Shown here piece by piece: positions 1 to 12,371 of a DNA stretch of 64,000 nt. The notes under the pieces are model-generated. The model was not told where the DNA came from, did no database searches, and worked only from the letters and a program-made list of their open reading frames with translations. Location of the stretch: NCBI RefSeq assembly GCF_009914755.1, contig NC_060936.1. The stretch is one strand, 5' to 3'. The DNA is from the human T2T-CHM13v2.0 reference genome, Homo sapiens. Position numbers and translations under genes: made by a program. Within the stretch, counting starts at the first letter, position 1. Each line of letters opens with the position of its first letter.

Positions 1-39
1 AGTAGTATATGATGGAGGTAAAAAAGAGATTTAGGAATA

Positions 40-1222
40 TTCCAGTTTATTTTTATACACTTTTTATTTAAAAAATAAAATTATAAACAAAATACAGAAA
101 AATATTGACACCTGTGATAACAAGGAAATGACTCTTAAGGGCAGTTTGTTGTCCTGGGGGAAAAAATCATAAGTGTTATAAAGAAATATTATTGTGCAAA
201 GGAGGAATGTAATATTTAAGGTTCATTTACAACGGGCATTTGGCGTCGACAGAAAAAGTCTTTCTATGTATACATTCAACATTTTGCAGCATATTTACAT
301 TCAAGTTACATTTCCAAATTCTATGCCAAATACAGTCTAACTCACCATCAACAATCCCTCAGATATTACTAAAATCCTGTTTATTTGGTAGGAGTGCAAT
401 ATTATCTTATTAGGAAATAATTTTATGTTCCTACTAAGTCAACTGCATTTTTACTACTTTAACAAAATTCACTGACATTTTTATCCCAGTTGAAGTCAAG
501 CCTCTTTTAGACAAAGTCAATACTAACTCAAATGTTGCCAGTTATAAAATTATATAATAATCTTTTCCTCCCTCCTTAGAGACAGTATTACAACTTTCAA
601 TGAAAGGACACCAGCTATGATAAATTATTTTCTTTTACAAGAGTTAGGATGTATTACAGATACAAGTTCCAGAATTTTAACTTGTTTTCAAAAGATGGCT
701 GAAGCACTTTTCCCTTTCAGTTGTTACCGAATTCCTCAGCAAAATACAACACATTCAGAAATCTACATAGCAGTTTTCTGAAAACTTTTCTCCATTGTCC
801 CCACACATTTCTCAAATCAGAGTGCTTACTCACTAGCAACTGGAGAATCTCTTGCTTAGTTTTTCTAAATTATACTAGAGTAGCTATCCTAATTTCCTGA
901 CAATCTTCCCATTTCATTTTTTAAATTATGATTTTATTAAAATCAACATAAATTACAAAGGTTCCATCTTTGCTACGGTTCTTTTAAAAATTTATCTTAA
1001 CTTACTGAAGGGTCAAGACCCCACAGGGCCTGTCTAGAACAGGCAAACAAAATGTCAAGATTAGAAAATTCTCATGCCTCCAAAAGACTCCAGGCAAATC
1101 AAATCTACTCAATTCTTCCTTATTTATCTCAAGTTCAATTTTAAGTCTAAGAAGATAATTAATGACAAAATAACAGAGATTGATGAATTTCATTTAGTTG
1201 AGCTCTTTTTTCCTAATTTTCC
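40..1222 (-). other. C2CD5: C2CD5 3'UTR (3' end approximate)
   Basis: Follows the TGA stop at 1223-1225; AT-rich and repeat-free; minus-strand AATAAA at 63-68 and 46-51. Confidence 0.8.
46..68 (-). terminator. Distal polyadenylation signals (2x AATAAA)
   Basis: Plus-strand tttatt at 46-51 and 63-68. Confidence 0.65.
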
Positions 1223-1354
1223 TCAGGTTGTAACTTCGCCTTCAGTACATGATGACTGGCAGTTGGTAGTAGGTTGCTGAGATGACACCACTTCTAAGTC
1301 AGATTCACGAACAAAAACCACTGCGTCACCACTTACATTTATAAGACACTGTGC
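1223..1354 (-). CDS. C2CD5: C2CD5 last coding exon (AQCLINVSGDAVV...EGEVTT*)
   Basis: ttatag|GCA acceptor; 132 nt; phase 0; ends in TGA; matches the recalled C2CD5 C-terminus. Confidence 0.96.
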   Translation of the reverse strand, partial: AQCLINVSGDAVVFVRESDLEVVSSQQPTTNCQSSCTEGEVTT

Positions 1355-1469
1355 CTATAAGAACAACAAACAGGACAGGTTCAGTTATACTCAACACATT
1401 CATACTCTTCTGTTACATAAGGGGCAGTGCTGTACAGCCAAAAAACACAGGCTTCTAAATCATTAGGAT

Positions 1470-2660
1470 AAAGATAGGCAATCCAACAGAAAAATGAGAA
1501 AAGGGTAAGAGGGCAATTCACAGGAAAGAAAACTCAAGGAGCTCCTGTGAACATATGAAAACATATTCAAGCCCGCTATTAGAGATATACAGTTAAAATG
1601 ACAACGAGACACCACTTCATATATACTGGCAAAAAAATGTAAAAGTTGGATGTTACCAAGTGTTAACAAAGACATGGGACAAGAGCAACACACTTAACAC
1701 TGCAACAGGAAGTGCAACCATCCTGAAAAGAACCGTCTCCTAAAGCAGAAAAAGAACACACTCCCTGACCCATTAATTCCATGTATATGTGTTCCCTAGA
1801 GAAATCTTGGACATGTATGCAACAAAGATTAATAAGTAACTTTTCACTGCATCATGTTTAGCAAAATCCTAGAAACAAACTAAATGCCCATCAAAAGGGA
1901 AATGAAAATAAACTGTGGAATATTCATGCCTGAAATACTATATGGAAGTGAAAAATGACCTAAAGCTCAATCAATATGGGTAAATCTTATGATAAATTAA
2001 GAACAATTTGCAAAATGATATATACAATATAAAATCATTTACATAATTATATATATCCTTCTATATTTATATAAAGAATATGCAAAATATCTCAATGAAG
2101 GGGAACTTTGGAAATCTCTATGAAAATTACAAAGGTACTACTTTGACCTAGCAATTCTGTTTTAAGAAATTTTCCCTACAGAGATGCTCACACTTGTGCT
2201 AATCACTTATGCATCACATTGTTTTTGTAGCACTGTATGTATTAGCACAACATTTACTGAAAATAACCTAAATATTTATCAGCAGGGGACTAATTAAAGA
2301 AATTCCGATCGACCTATACCATGGAGTGTTATGTGGTTGTAACAAACAATAAAGGTAGTCTTTATGTCCTGAAATGAAAATGTTGCCAAGAAAAAGCAGG
2401 TGAAAGAGACAGCTGAGGAGCAATATGTACTGTAAAGCTACCACTTATATTAAACTGGGAGATAAAAGAATATATATTTATATATATTTGCTTGTATGTA
2501 TAAAATCTCTCTGGTTACACACTCTGGAGTGTTACATCTCTAGAAGTTACCATAAAAAAAAAAATGAAAAATTTGGTTGCATGTGGGGAAGAAAAGTGAC
2601 TGGCTGGAACAGCAGACAAGGAGAGACTTTTCCATTCATACCTTTTTGAATTTTGAATCA
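1470..2660 (+). mobile_element. Ancient L1M (L1ME-like) 3' fragments
   Basis: Degenerate L1 ORF2-end motifs (aaactaaatgcccatcaaaagg..., gacctagcaattc). Confidence 0.55.
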
Positions 2661-3369
2661 TGTACTACCTATTCAAAAATATATTAAAACATTTTAGATA
2701 CAAAATAAAACTACAATTAATTTTTTTAAGATATAAAGGCATGCATAGGAATGACAACAAAATTAAGATGGTTCATTCATTATAAAGAGAAAACAGGCCC
2801 ACTGAGGCTTCAACCATATTTTTAATATTTTATTTCTTAAGCTGAGGGTCACGTGTAAGAATGTCTGTGTGCAATTCTCTACACTTTTTGTGTATATGCA
2901 AGATCTCACATAAAAGTGGGGGAAAAAGCTAATGACATAAATCATGGCACCTGATATGATGTGTACACATCAGTGGTAATCAGCCATTGACAGTTATTAT
3001 TTGGGTACAGAGGAAGACGACTGGTGGTGGAAAATCTGGGTATATTCTAGCTTTTCTACTTATAGCCTCATACCAAACTTAAGTTTTTTAGCCCTCAGTT
3101 TTTTTCACCTACAAAATGGAGTTAATATCAACACTACAAAGTACTAGAAATGAAAAAAGAAAAAAAAAAAGCACAGTTCATTTGGAAAACCAAACAATGC
3201 AATCTACCTCTTGGGCATGTTAGGAGAGGTGAGGGGGGCAACAGATGAGTCTGAAAAGGTAGAAGACTTGAGAATGTGGAAGACCTTGTATGACATATTA
3301 AGAAGCATGACTTTGTCTTGTAAGAAATCATTGAAGACAAACATTTAAAAGATAATAGTAACAACTTTT

Positions 3370-3600
3370 ACAGTGCTTACAATCCACCAGCACTAAGCAC
3401 ATTACATATATTAACTCATGATTTCCCCAATTTTTATCCCAATGTTATAGATGAGAAAACTGAGGCATAGAGATAAGTTCTGTTCTGGATAAGCTGATTT
3501 TGAGGCACTTGTTAAGGTGCTAGTTAAGTCAGTGAACAAGTTGTATAAATTTAACACTGGGAAAAACCCAAAACTACAAATCTCAATCTCAAATACAAAG
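3370..3600 (-). mobile_element. MIR
   Basis: atagatgagaaaactgaggcatagag MIR core. Confidence 0.6.
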
Positions 3601-4247
3601 TAATTAAGCAAAAAAGGATTCTTAAAGTAGGGAAAATCCTCTTATATCAAATAAATTATTACAAAGAAGTATCCAGTTGAATATAATTTCAAGATCTAAT
3701 AGATGCGTTCTTTACGACCAGATAATATCAAGTGATATCAAATACTCCTGCTCAGGATGTGCCTGGTTTCCACTCTACTTCTACTTTCAAACGATCCGTG
3801 TAGAGGTAGTTCGCAGCCCTCCTGGTTTCCCTCCCGCCTTTCTCACTGTTCCTTTCTCAATCTTTCTTCTCCCCATGTACCCCTTTTGACCACTCCACAC
3901 AATCTCCTTCACGCCAAATCTTATCAATAAGCTAGCTGCGAATCCAGAACTGCAGTAGCCTCACTGAGCTTTTAGATATGCCCCAATTATCTACCAAAAA
4001 CCCTCCTAGGATGTTTCATAGCTTCCCTTCCCCCTCTAACGTGCCTTAGCCATTGCCAAAATTTATCAGAAGGTTGTCTCATAGTTTTGTTTATCACTAT
4101 GTTTCTTCAACATGTTAATGAAGTTTAGTATACCGTGAGTTACAAAAATGTATAAACTATCAAGAAAACCTGAAAAGAACTTAGTAAATGAAGTACCCTT
4201 CTGAAGAAACTGATTAAACTTCATGATTTCAAAATAAAACTAAAACC

Positions 4248-4372
4248 AGTCAGGTGTGGTGGCATGTGCCAGTAGTCCCAGCCACTAGGGAAGCTGAGGT
4301 GGGAAGATCGCTTGAGCTCAGGAGTTCAAGTCCAGCCTGGGTAACATGGCAGGACCCTATCTCTTAAATAAA
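4248..4372 (+). mobile_element. Alu monomer (FLAM-like)
   Basis: caggtgtggtggcatgtgcc...cagcctgggtaacat; a single monomer. Confidence 0.8.
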
Positions 4373-5358
4373 GCTAAAACAATTTTGCATTTCCATAATG
4401 TCTTTTCAAACTGCTTATATATTTATGACAGCAACTCACTTTCACTATAAGATAATTTTACTAATGAAAAAATGATACTAAGAATTTAAATGATTTGTCT
4501 TTGGTTACAATTATCTAGATGTACAGGTAGGGGCAAAAAATATATATACATATACACATCTATTCATTCTTACTCCTGCTTAAATGATAAGTAATTAGTC
4601 TATATTAGAGCTTCTTAAGCTCTGTGTCTGCCAAGATATTGATCCCCTCTGCTCTTAGGGGAGTCACTTGGGTCAGAAACGCAGGGCCAATTACCAGCAG
4701 CCACATACAGCTTCATGCATTCATCACAGTGTACCAGTGGACCACAGAAATAGGATTTTTGATGTGTGCCAAGAGAAGCAGGTTGGGAAGAACTGCCTTT
4801 ATGGCATTTCATACTATTTAGTATAGTTGATTAATTTTTAAAAAATTTTAACAATTTTAAGTGAATTATCTTAACACAAAATTTAGAAATTTATTTTAAG
4901 ATTTAAACTAACTGCTTTCATCCCCATTAAGAGAATAACACTACTTACTAGAAATAAGCAAGCCTTACTATGGCCTTACTATGATATACTCTTCATTAGT
5001 AAGGCAGCTGAAACTGGACAGCATCATAGTCCAAACTAAAGGATATCTTTAGCTCTCCTCAGTTAGCTATCACTGTATTCTAAACACCTACCAACAAGAG
5101 GGTGGAAACAGTAACTCAGGAGCACAAATTCCAGATGTGATTAAGAATAATACCCTAGTTACCTGAGATGTCGAAATAGCATGTATTGACTTGTGACTAT
5201 GTATGACCATGGTTATGAATAAACTCATTAAAATATCTTACGCATCTAGACTCAAAGGGCTCTAAACAGCAATTCTCTTTTGGAGGGGGTTAGGGGTAGG
5301 AAGCCATGGAAGAAATTCTCAGGTTCCCGCCAATCAGGAATTTTTAACTGCATCTTAC

Positions 5359-5505
5359 CTGGTTTTTATTTGGATTCTCCATGAAGACACACTGCTTCAT
5401 TATGTAGGAGACAACAGCATTCCCTCCTAATGCAGCAACATGAGCTCTCACCATTGCAAACACTTCAGCAATAAAAGCATGGAGAAAACCACTGACTCCT
5501 CCTTC
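5359..5505 (-). CDS. C2CD5: C2CD5 exon (EGGVSGFLHAF...ENPNKNQ)
   Basis: tttag|GAA acceptor; CAG|gtaaga donor; 147 nt; phase 0-0. Confidence 0.96.
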
Positions 5506-5899
5506 CTAAATAATAGTGCACAGGAAAATCATACTATATATACATGTGTATGGATATAGGAATGCACACAAAATGTCAAAGAATATATATTAAAACATCC
5601 TAAATTATCTTAATATACCAAATAACTTAAACTTCCCTCACAATGGGGATTTACTGCATGAATGAACAAACATTGACTGAACACATGTCCAGGCAAGGAT
5701 TTACTACCTTTACTTTACAGATGATAAAACTGAAGCCCGGAGAATTTGTAATTTGCCCATGACTAGCTATGATCAAATTAGCTAGTAAGTAAATGGCAAG
5801 GCAAGAATTCAAATTGTGCCTCCACCTTCAACATCTCCATCATATCATGCTCATCATCATTTAAACAAATTGATGATAAGCCTAAACGATAAAACTTAC

Positions 5900-6360
5900 C
5901 TGTTATCTATATCTCTCATTCTGAACCTGAACCATGTTCCAATCAAACTTGCCTTTTTTTCAGTTTCTCAAATGCACAAGCACTCTTCCTACCTCAGGCT
6001 CACTGGCACATGTTGCTCCTGCAGACTTTTCATTTTTTTTTTTTTTTCAGAGAACAACTCATTCACTCCTTGGTCCCAACTTACATATAATGTCTTCCGA
6101 GATACCTTCTCTGACTGTGAACTCTAAGTTGAAGTCCATTATATACTCTGATAGCCTCTGTTCAATTTCTTTATATTACTTACTCTCCCTAGTAATTAGA
6201 TACTAATTATATGATTATTTGTTAATGTCCACCGTGCTCCAGTTCTACTAGACTGTAAATTCCATTAGGTCAGGGACTGTATCTGTTTTGCATACAACTA
6301 TATGCTAACATCTAGTTCAACAGGTGCATATAATAAGAATTCCATACATAATTGTAAGGA
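5900..6360 (+). mobile_element. L2 3' fragment
   Basis: ctagactgtaaattccattagg-cagggactgtatctgtttt L2 terminal motif. Confidence 0.55.
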
Positions 6361-7101
6361 AATAAAATCCAGTAGTTCAGGGTACTTTTCCCATATTGAA
6401 AAACAAGCAAAACAGAAATCAAAGGCTAGTCAATAGCTTGAAATGCTTTTCAACCTAGGTTTCCACAAATTCTATTGGACTTATTTACAGTCTAGGAGGA
6501 AATTTCCAACTTTAAACTGGAAGTGAAGGGGAAAAATGACTGCAGTATTAGAAAACCATTTTATTGGGTCACATCCTTCTGAAAAGCCTGAGGATCCTAC
6601 ATATAGTTGTATAAAGATATCTCTTTTTGTAGTTAGGGAATTAAGGGAGTTGCTTCAGCCTGCCTCCAACTCAATCATAGTTCAGTATATTTTTTGAGTT
6701 TTATCAATTTCCTGTTTATTAAATCAAAAAATTCTGATGACACAGTAGCTACAGAGGATTAATTTTAAAAATATTAATTAACTGTAAGAAAACGACTCAG
6801 GCAATTAACACATTTGGGATATGGTGCTACACAATTATTATTATAAGTTTCTGTTGAAGGAAAACCTACTAAGAAGCAACATTTTGAGGTATGGGAGCTT
6901 AAGTAGTCAAGAAGGCTTAGGAAATACAATTTTATGGATTCAAAATAGTGTAATATCCATGTGCTACCAAGAGCAAGTAGAAAAGGTTAATTCATAATAT
7001 ATGCCAGCTTTTCGCACCAAATCTTTGTCAAATTTAAATGGATGTAGAAGTATCATCTATTTTAATTCTCTATCCAAAGGCTTTTGAGAATATCTTCATA
7101 G

Positions 7102-7446
<345 letters not shown>

Positions 7447-8432
7447 TAATTTACCTTAAAGAAAACATCCATCTAATTAATTAAATAATCTGTCAGAAGC
7501 TATTCATTTATTTGCACAAAAACATATTGTGTTTATTCCATGCCAGCTACTGTGCTAGGCGCAGGATGGTGAGTATGATATTAAAGACAGTGTGCAGGCT
7601 GTTATTCCTAAGAAAGTATAGAAATACTGCTGGTGAAGAAGGGCACAGCTAAGTCATCTTTATAATGAATATACTTTTTAAAAATACAAACTGCAGCTGA
7701 AGTAAAATTTGAAAAGGTTATTGGATGTCACACCTCAGTAACTAAAAAATTTCCCTATTCACCATATTAATTTGCTTGGTAGCCCCTGTTCCTTAACATA
7801 TGACACAACGTAATTTTTTTAAGTTTAAATTCCTGTGTTATAAAAGATATAACAGGCTGACTCTGATTCTGAACTTTTCCCACATCAAGTAAAATATTAC
7901 AACTTGTTATTTAAAAACCAAATTAAAGTTTAATGATACTCAGTGTGAGGTAAGACTGAAGAAATGTCATCCTCATACACTAACTGAGAGAGTAAAAAAT
8001 GAGCAGCTTCATTCCTTTCTCAGGAGGAAGAAACAGCAGAGCTAAATTACATAAAGTATCTCCTTAGACATGTATCTGTAATACAGTCCTCTACTATTTC
8101 TAAATGTGATCTGTCAAAAATTGCTAAATTACTGAGGAAACGAAGCTGTTCTTTCAGGGCTATTTTAAACTTCTATTTGAACACAGATATTTGTTTTATT
8201 TACTATATGATAAGGTTCTAAGATTTCTAACAATAAATAGGTTTAAAACTAACACAATTCTTGTGATAATCCTCGCTGCTAAATGAAATAAACTCTAGAC
8301 TCAATCCAGATAATTAAAATATAAATAAATATTTGTAAGTTTTTGGCAAAAAATAACAATTTGAAACTTAGTTTTGTTACTAAATCTTCAGAGAAAATTT
8401 TTTAAAAAATGAAATAACTTCTATAAAATTAC

Positions 8433-8623
8433 CTCCCGAAGAGAAGTAGTCTCTCGAATAAAAAACATGTTAATTATCCCAAGATACTTAGTTATTTTTG
8501 CTCCAGGAATAAAAGAAAGAGGTGTCATCTTAACAACCCCAACTGTGGAATTTGCACAAGGTGGAGCAGAACGATTCCGGAAATTTCCATCACCCACTGG
8601 ACTTGCTTTTTCAACTGTCATGG
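8433..8623 (-). CDS. C2CD5: C2CD5 exon (AMTVEKASP...RETTSLRE)
   Basis: attttag|CC acceptor; GAG|gtaatt donor; 191 nt; phase 1-0; overlaps ORF 8421..8651. Confidence 0.96.
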
Positions 8624-9169
8624 CTAAAATTGGAGAAAAATGAGAAAACATTCAGAACAGACGCTGGTAACACAATTATTCCCTGAGGTTTCCAAATAAG
8701 TGGTGACAACATTCAGCTGTCTGTGAGGCTAAGCCATGTCATGAAAGAAAAGAAATTATCATGCACTGCATGCAATTAAAAAAGAGAGACAGAAAAACAT
8801 GAGAGGAAATGCTGGAATGGAATTCTTTTGGAAGAAAAATGGCATTCCTGCAAAAGAAAATGTTGATGCAGTATAGCTACACACACAATGATTGGTTATA
8901 AAGTGAAGAAAAAGAAAAAGCGGCTGAGCATTAAAATTATCTGCTGTAGGAACAAATTATTACAAGGAGAGTGTGAAAGTTGTTCTATTTCCCAGTGCAA
9001 TTTTTCCATCTTTTTCAGACGACTTCATCATTGTCAACTTGTAGATAAACCTTATGTTATCTAGTTGTAAGATACTGGTTTTTTCCAAACCTTTTTGAAA
9101 ACCAACTCATAATTTTAAAAGCTTAACGACCTCTGCTAGCTAAAAGTTGGTTGTTTATAAAGTAAAAAA

Positions 9170-9400
9170 ATAATAGCTACCACTTATTAAATAACTGCCA
9201 TAAGCCAGACATATATATATATATCTAATCCTTACAACCACCCAAAAACACAGGTTATCATCATCATCCCCATTTCATGCATGAGGAAATGGAAGGTTAG
9301 AGAAGTTAAGTAACTTGCCCAAGGTCTCATAGCTATTAAAATGGCACTTCTAGGATTCAGAACCAGATCTGGCTGGTTTCACATCCTATATTATTTCCTG
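9170..9400 (-). mobile_element. MIR
   Basis: gaagttaagtaacttgcccaaggtc core. Confidence 0.7.
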
Positions 9401-9945
9401 TGAAATGTAGTTTTTTCCCCCTTTTAATGTACGGTAAGCTCTTTCACTCAAATATATTTACCTCAAAATTTACCAAAACACATGGCATAAGATAACATAT
9501 AAGTAATGATTCTGATTCTAGCAGTAAGGTAATAACTACTTTCTCACCATAAATTCTTTATTAGTTTAGCCCTCTGCATATCACACTTAATAAACCGACA
9601 GATGCCACATACTAAATAGTACCTTGGGTCCTGGAAGAATGTCTTTTCAATAAGAGAGTTGGCAATTTACTTCCAATTAGAATGATATAATATCTATTTA
9701 TATACTTTTAAGAATACCTGCACAAAAAGGAAAATTTTAAAAACACAATTCTATAGGTAAAACTAATAAATCTAAAGGCCTTTCAAAAGCTTTTCCTAAA
9801 TGACCGTTACAGTCTGCAGCTTTCACACTCTAATACATGATGGATTGGCAATGTTATTACTGGGTAGTAAGGTCTAGCTTTCACCACTGGGAAATCAGGG
9901 ATATGTTTCTCAGATTATCATAATGTGGTAGAAACATCCGCCTAC

Positions 9946-10047
9946 TTGTCTTAATTGATCCACGCCTTATGGTCTGAGCTTTCAGTTTAATGAGCTCTAT
10001 CCAGCTGCTGCATCTGTCTGCAAAGGAACTGTAATCAACTGACGTTG
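9946..10047 (-). CDS. C2CD5: C2CD5 cassette exon, 102 nt (ATSVDYSSFADRCSSWIELIKLKAQTIRRGSIKT)
   Basis: Long pyrimidine tract ending ttttcag; CAA|gtaggc donor; phase 1-1; no stop. Confidence 0.88.
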
Positions 10048-10953
10048 CTGAAAACACAGACAGAAAACAAAAGAAAAAAACAAAGAAAAAAATATGGATG
10101 ATGTCTCTTACTCGTCTTAACACTCCTTTCGATGATGTAATTTAACTGTAACTCAGAAAAAGAATGGTCCTTTTCAAGTCAGATAAGAGAGATAGTAAAG
10201 AGTCAAGCTTTAGACACTGATTTGTCCAAAACCAAGTTCTCAGTTAGCAGGCTGAGCATTTCTGGTGATGTCATAGTTGTGTGGTCTCCTAGGGAGAGCC
10301 TGAGTGGGGTCTAACATAAATATCAATGAAAGGACCACATACTGTGCTTTAACTAACTTTATTTCCTATTCTTCTTAATTTACAATATTTCAGTTGTTTC
10401 TATTTTATTTTATAATCAAAGCTTTGTGAATAATTCATTTCCCTAGTTTTACCCTAAAATTTTAAAAAAAGAGAATCAAATGTTGAAGAATATATTTTTA
10501 AAAGTTAGTAGTTGACTTATCTGTTATTAAAGTATCTTCTTTCTACAATCAGTAAGAGGAAAACCAAAGGGCCATTTTTGTTAATGTTTTGTTTCCATGT
10601 CTGATTTTGGGCAACAAAGCCTCTGATAATATGGGGTCAGGGCAGGTGTGAGCCTCACAAGTTCCCCCTTTTAAAAACAATAACTTTTACTACTGCTAAG
10701 CTGGAAAAAAAATTTTAAGGAGCTAAAATTTTATGCTTAGAAACTGGGAAACCATTAACATACTAAAAAATTTAAATATTAGTTTAATTGATGCTTTTAA
10801 AAGAACATATTCTACCTACAAAAAAAAAAAAGCCAGATTTTGGTGTCTATTCCATATTGTCCAGTGCATTTTCTTCAATGTCTATAATTTTATGCACCAC
10901 CAAACTAGAATTTTACACCTTTGGTGACTATTTGCTTAATTAGACAAACTCAC

Positions 10954-11004
10954 CTCTCTGTGCAGCTGGTATACCTGAGTTAGAACTTGCACTCTCCAGG
11001 TGTT
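10954..11004 (-). CDS. C2CD5: C2CD5 cassette exon, 51 nt (EHLESASSNSGIPAAQR)
   Basis: tattag| acceptor; GAG|gtgagt donor; phase 1-1; no stop; adds 51 aa together with the 102-nt exon. Confidence 0.85.
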
Positions 11005-12045
11005 CTAATAAGACAATATGAACAACATTAGCTCAGATGCTAAGTACAAGCCAGTACCTCTTCTTTGTTATTTGTTAATACCTCTATAAGCCAGAAGAAT
11101 AGGAGGAAATCTTTATGGCTTCATTGCAAAAGCAAACCAAATAAAAGCATCTAGGTTTAAAATGCAGTTTCTATTGATAAATGAAAACTAGCTCAGTTCA
11201 TAAATACCATGCCAAAGGAGACTACTTGCTTACTGTAACACAAAAAGAGTTTCAGAAACTTTATAGTCACAAGAAAATATAAACATAGTAACGAATGTGA
11301 GTATGATGAAAGCAGGATGTGAGACTAGGCAGAGAAAAGGGTCAATGTGTTGGGAAGAATATCTGAAATGAAACATGGAAGGAAAATGTTTGCTGTGGGG
11401 AAGAGTCTATAAGATTACAAATTACAGACAAGATAATGATTATGCTTCACAGATCAGCATAAGCTGCTCCCTAGTCTTAACTCTCACCACCAACTTCTTC
11501 ATTCGAAGACTTCGATATCAACAGCTCCCTCTGGTGGTATCAAGACTTTGTGAAACTAAAAAATGAGTGATCACAGAGGTAACCAGGAATCCCAAGCCAG
11601 TATCACTCCCTTTCCAGTAACCTGACAGTAGCATCCAGAATTTTCCCTGATATTTTTTATTACAGGTATTTAAGGTATTGTACAAATTTAAATAGCACTA
11701 TAAAAAAACTTCATAACCTATTTTTAATGCTCATGTTCTACCCACATTAGAATATTTAAATTTTTGTTTGAAAGAATTTTACAACTAAAAGAATAGTCCT
11801 GCCAATTTAGAAATAACTCATGAAAAGCACTGAGAATAATTCGGTTGGCTTAGTATAGTATAGTTTAAGTATAGATAGATAAATATGTTTTTTCATTTCT
11901 ACTTAGTGTGTTGATTTTTTGGTAACATTCTTAAATTAATAAAAAAACTTTTCAAAACATTATTTGTACAGAATGTTTCTACCATAGAATGTTGCTGCTA
12001 ATTGAAAATACAATGCAAGTATCTCACCACACCCCACCAACACAA

Positions 12046-12371
<326 letters not shown>

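Noticed and set aside
8624-8728. Upstream alternative acceptor giving a 105-nt extension
   Set aside because: Contains an in-frame TAA, has a mediocre acceptor, and has no other support
10200-10312. Possible extra exon between the 51- and 102-nt cassettes
   Set aside because: Two AG acceptors, but both frames reach TGA and there is no credible donor
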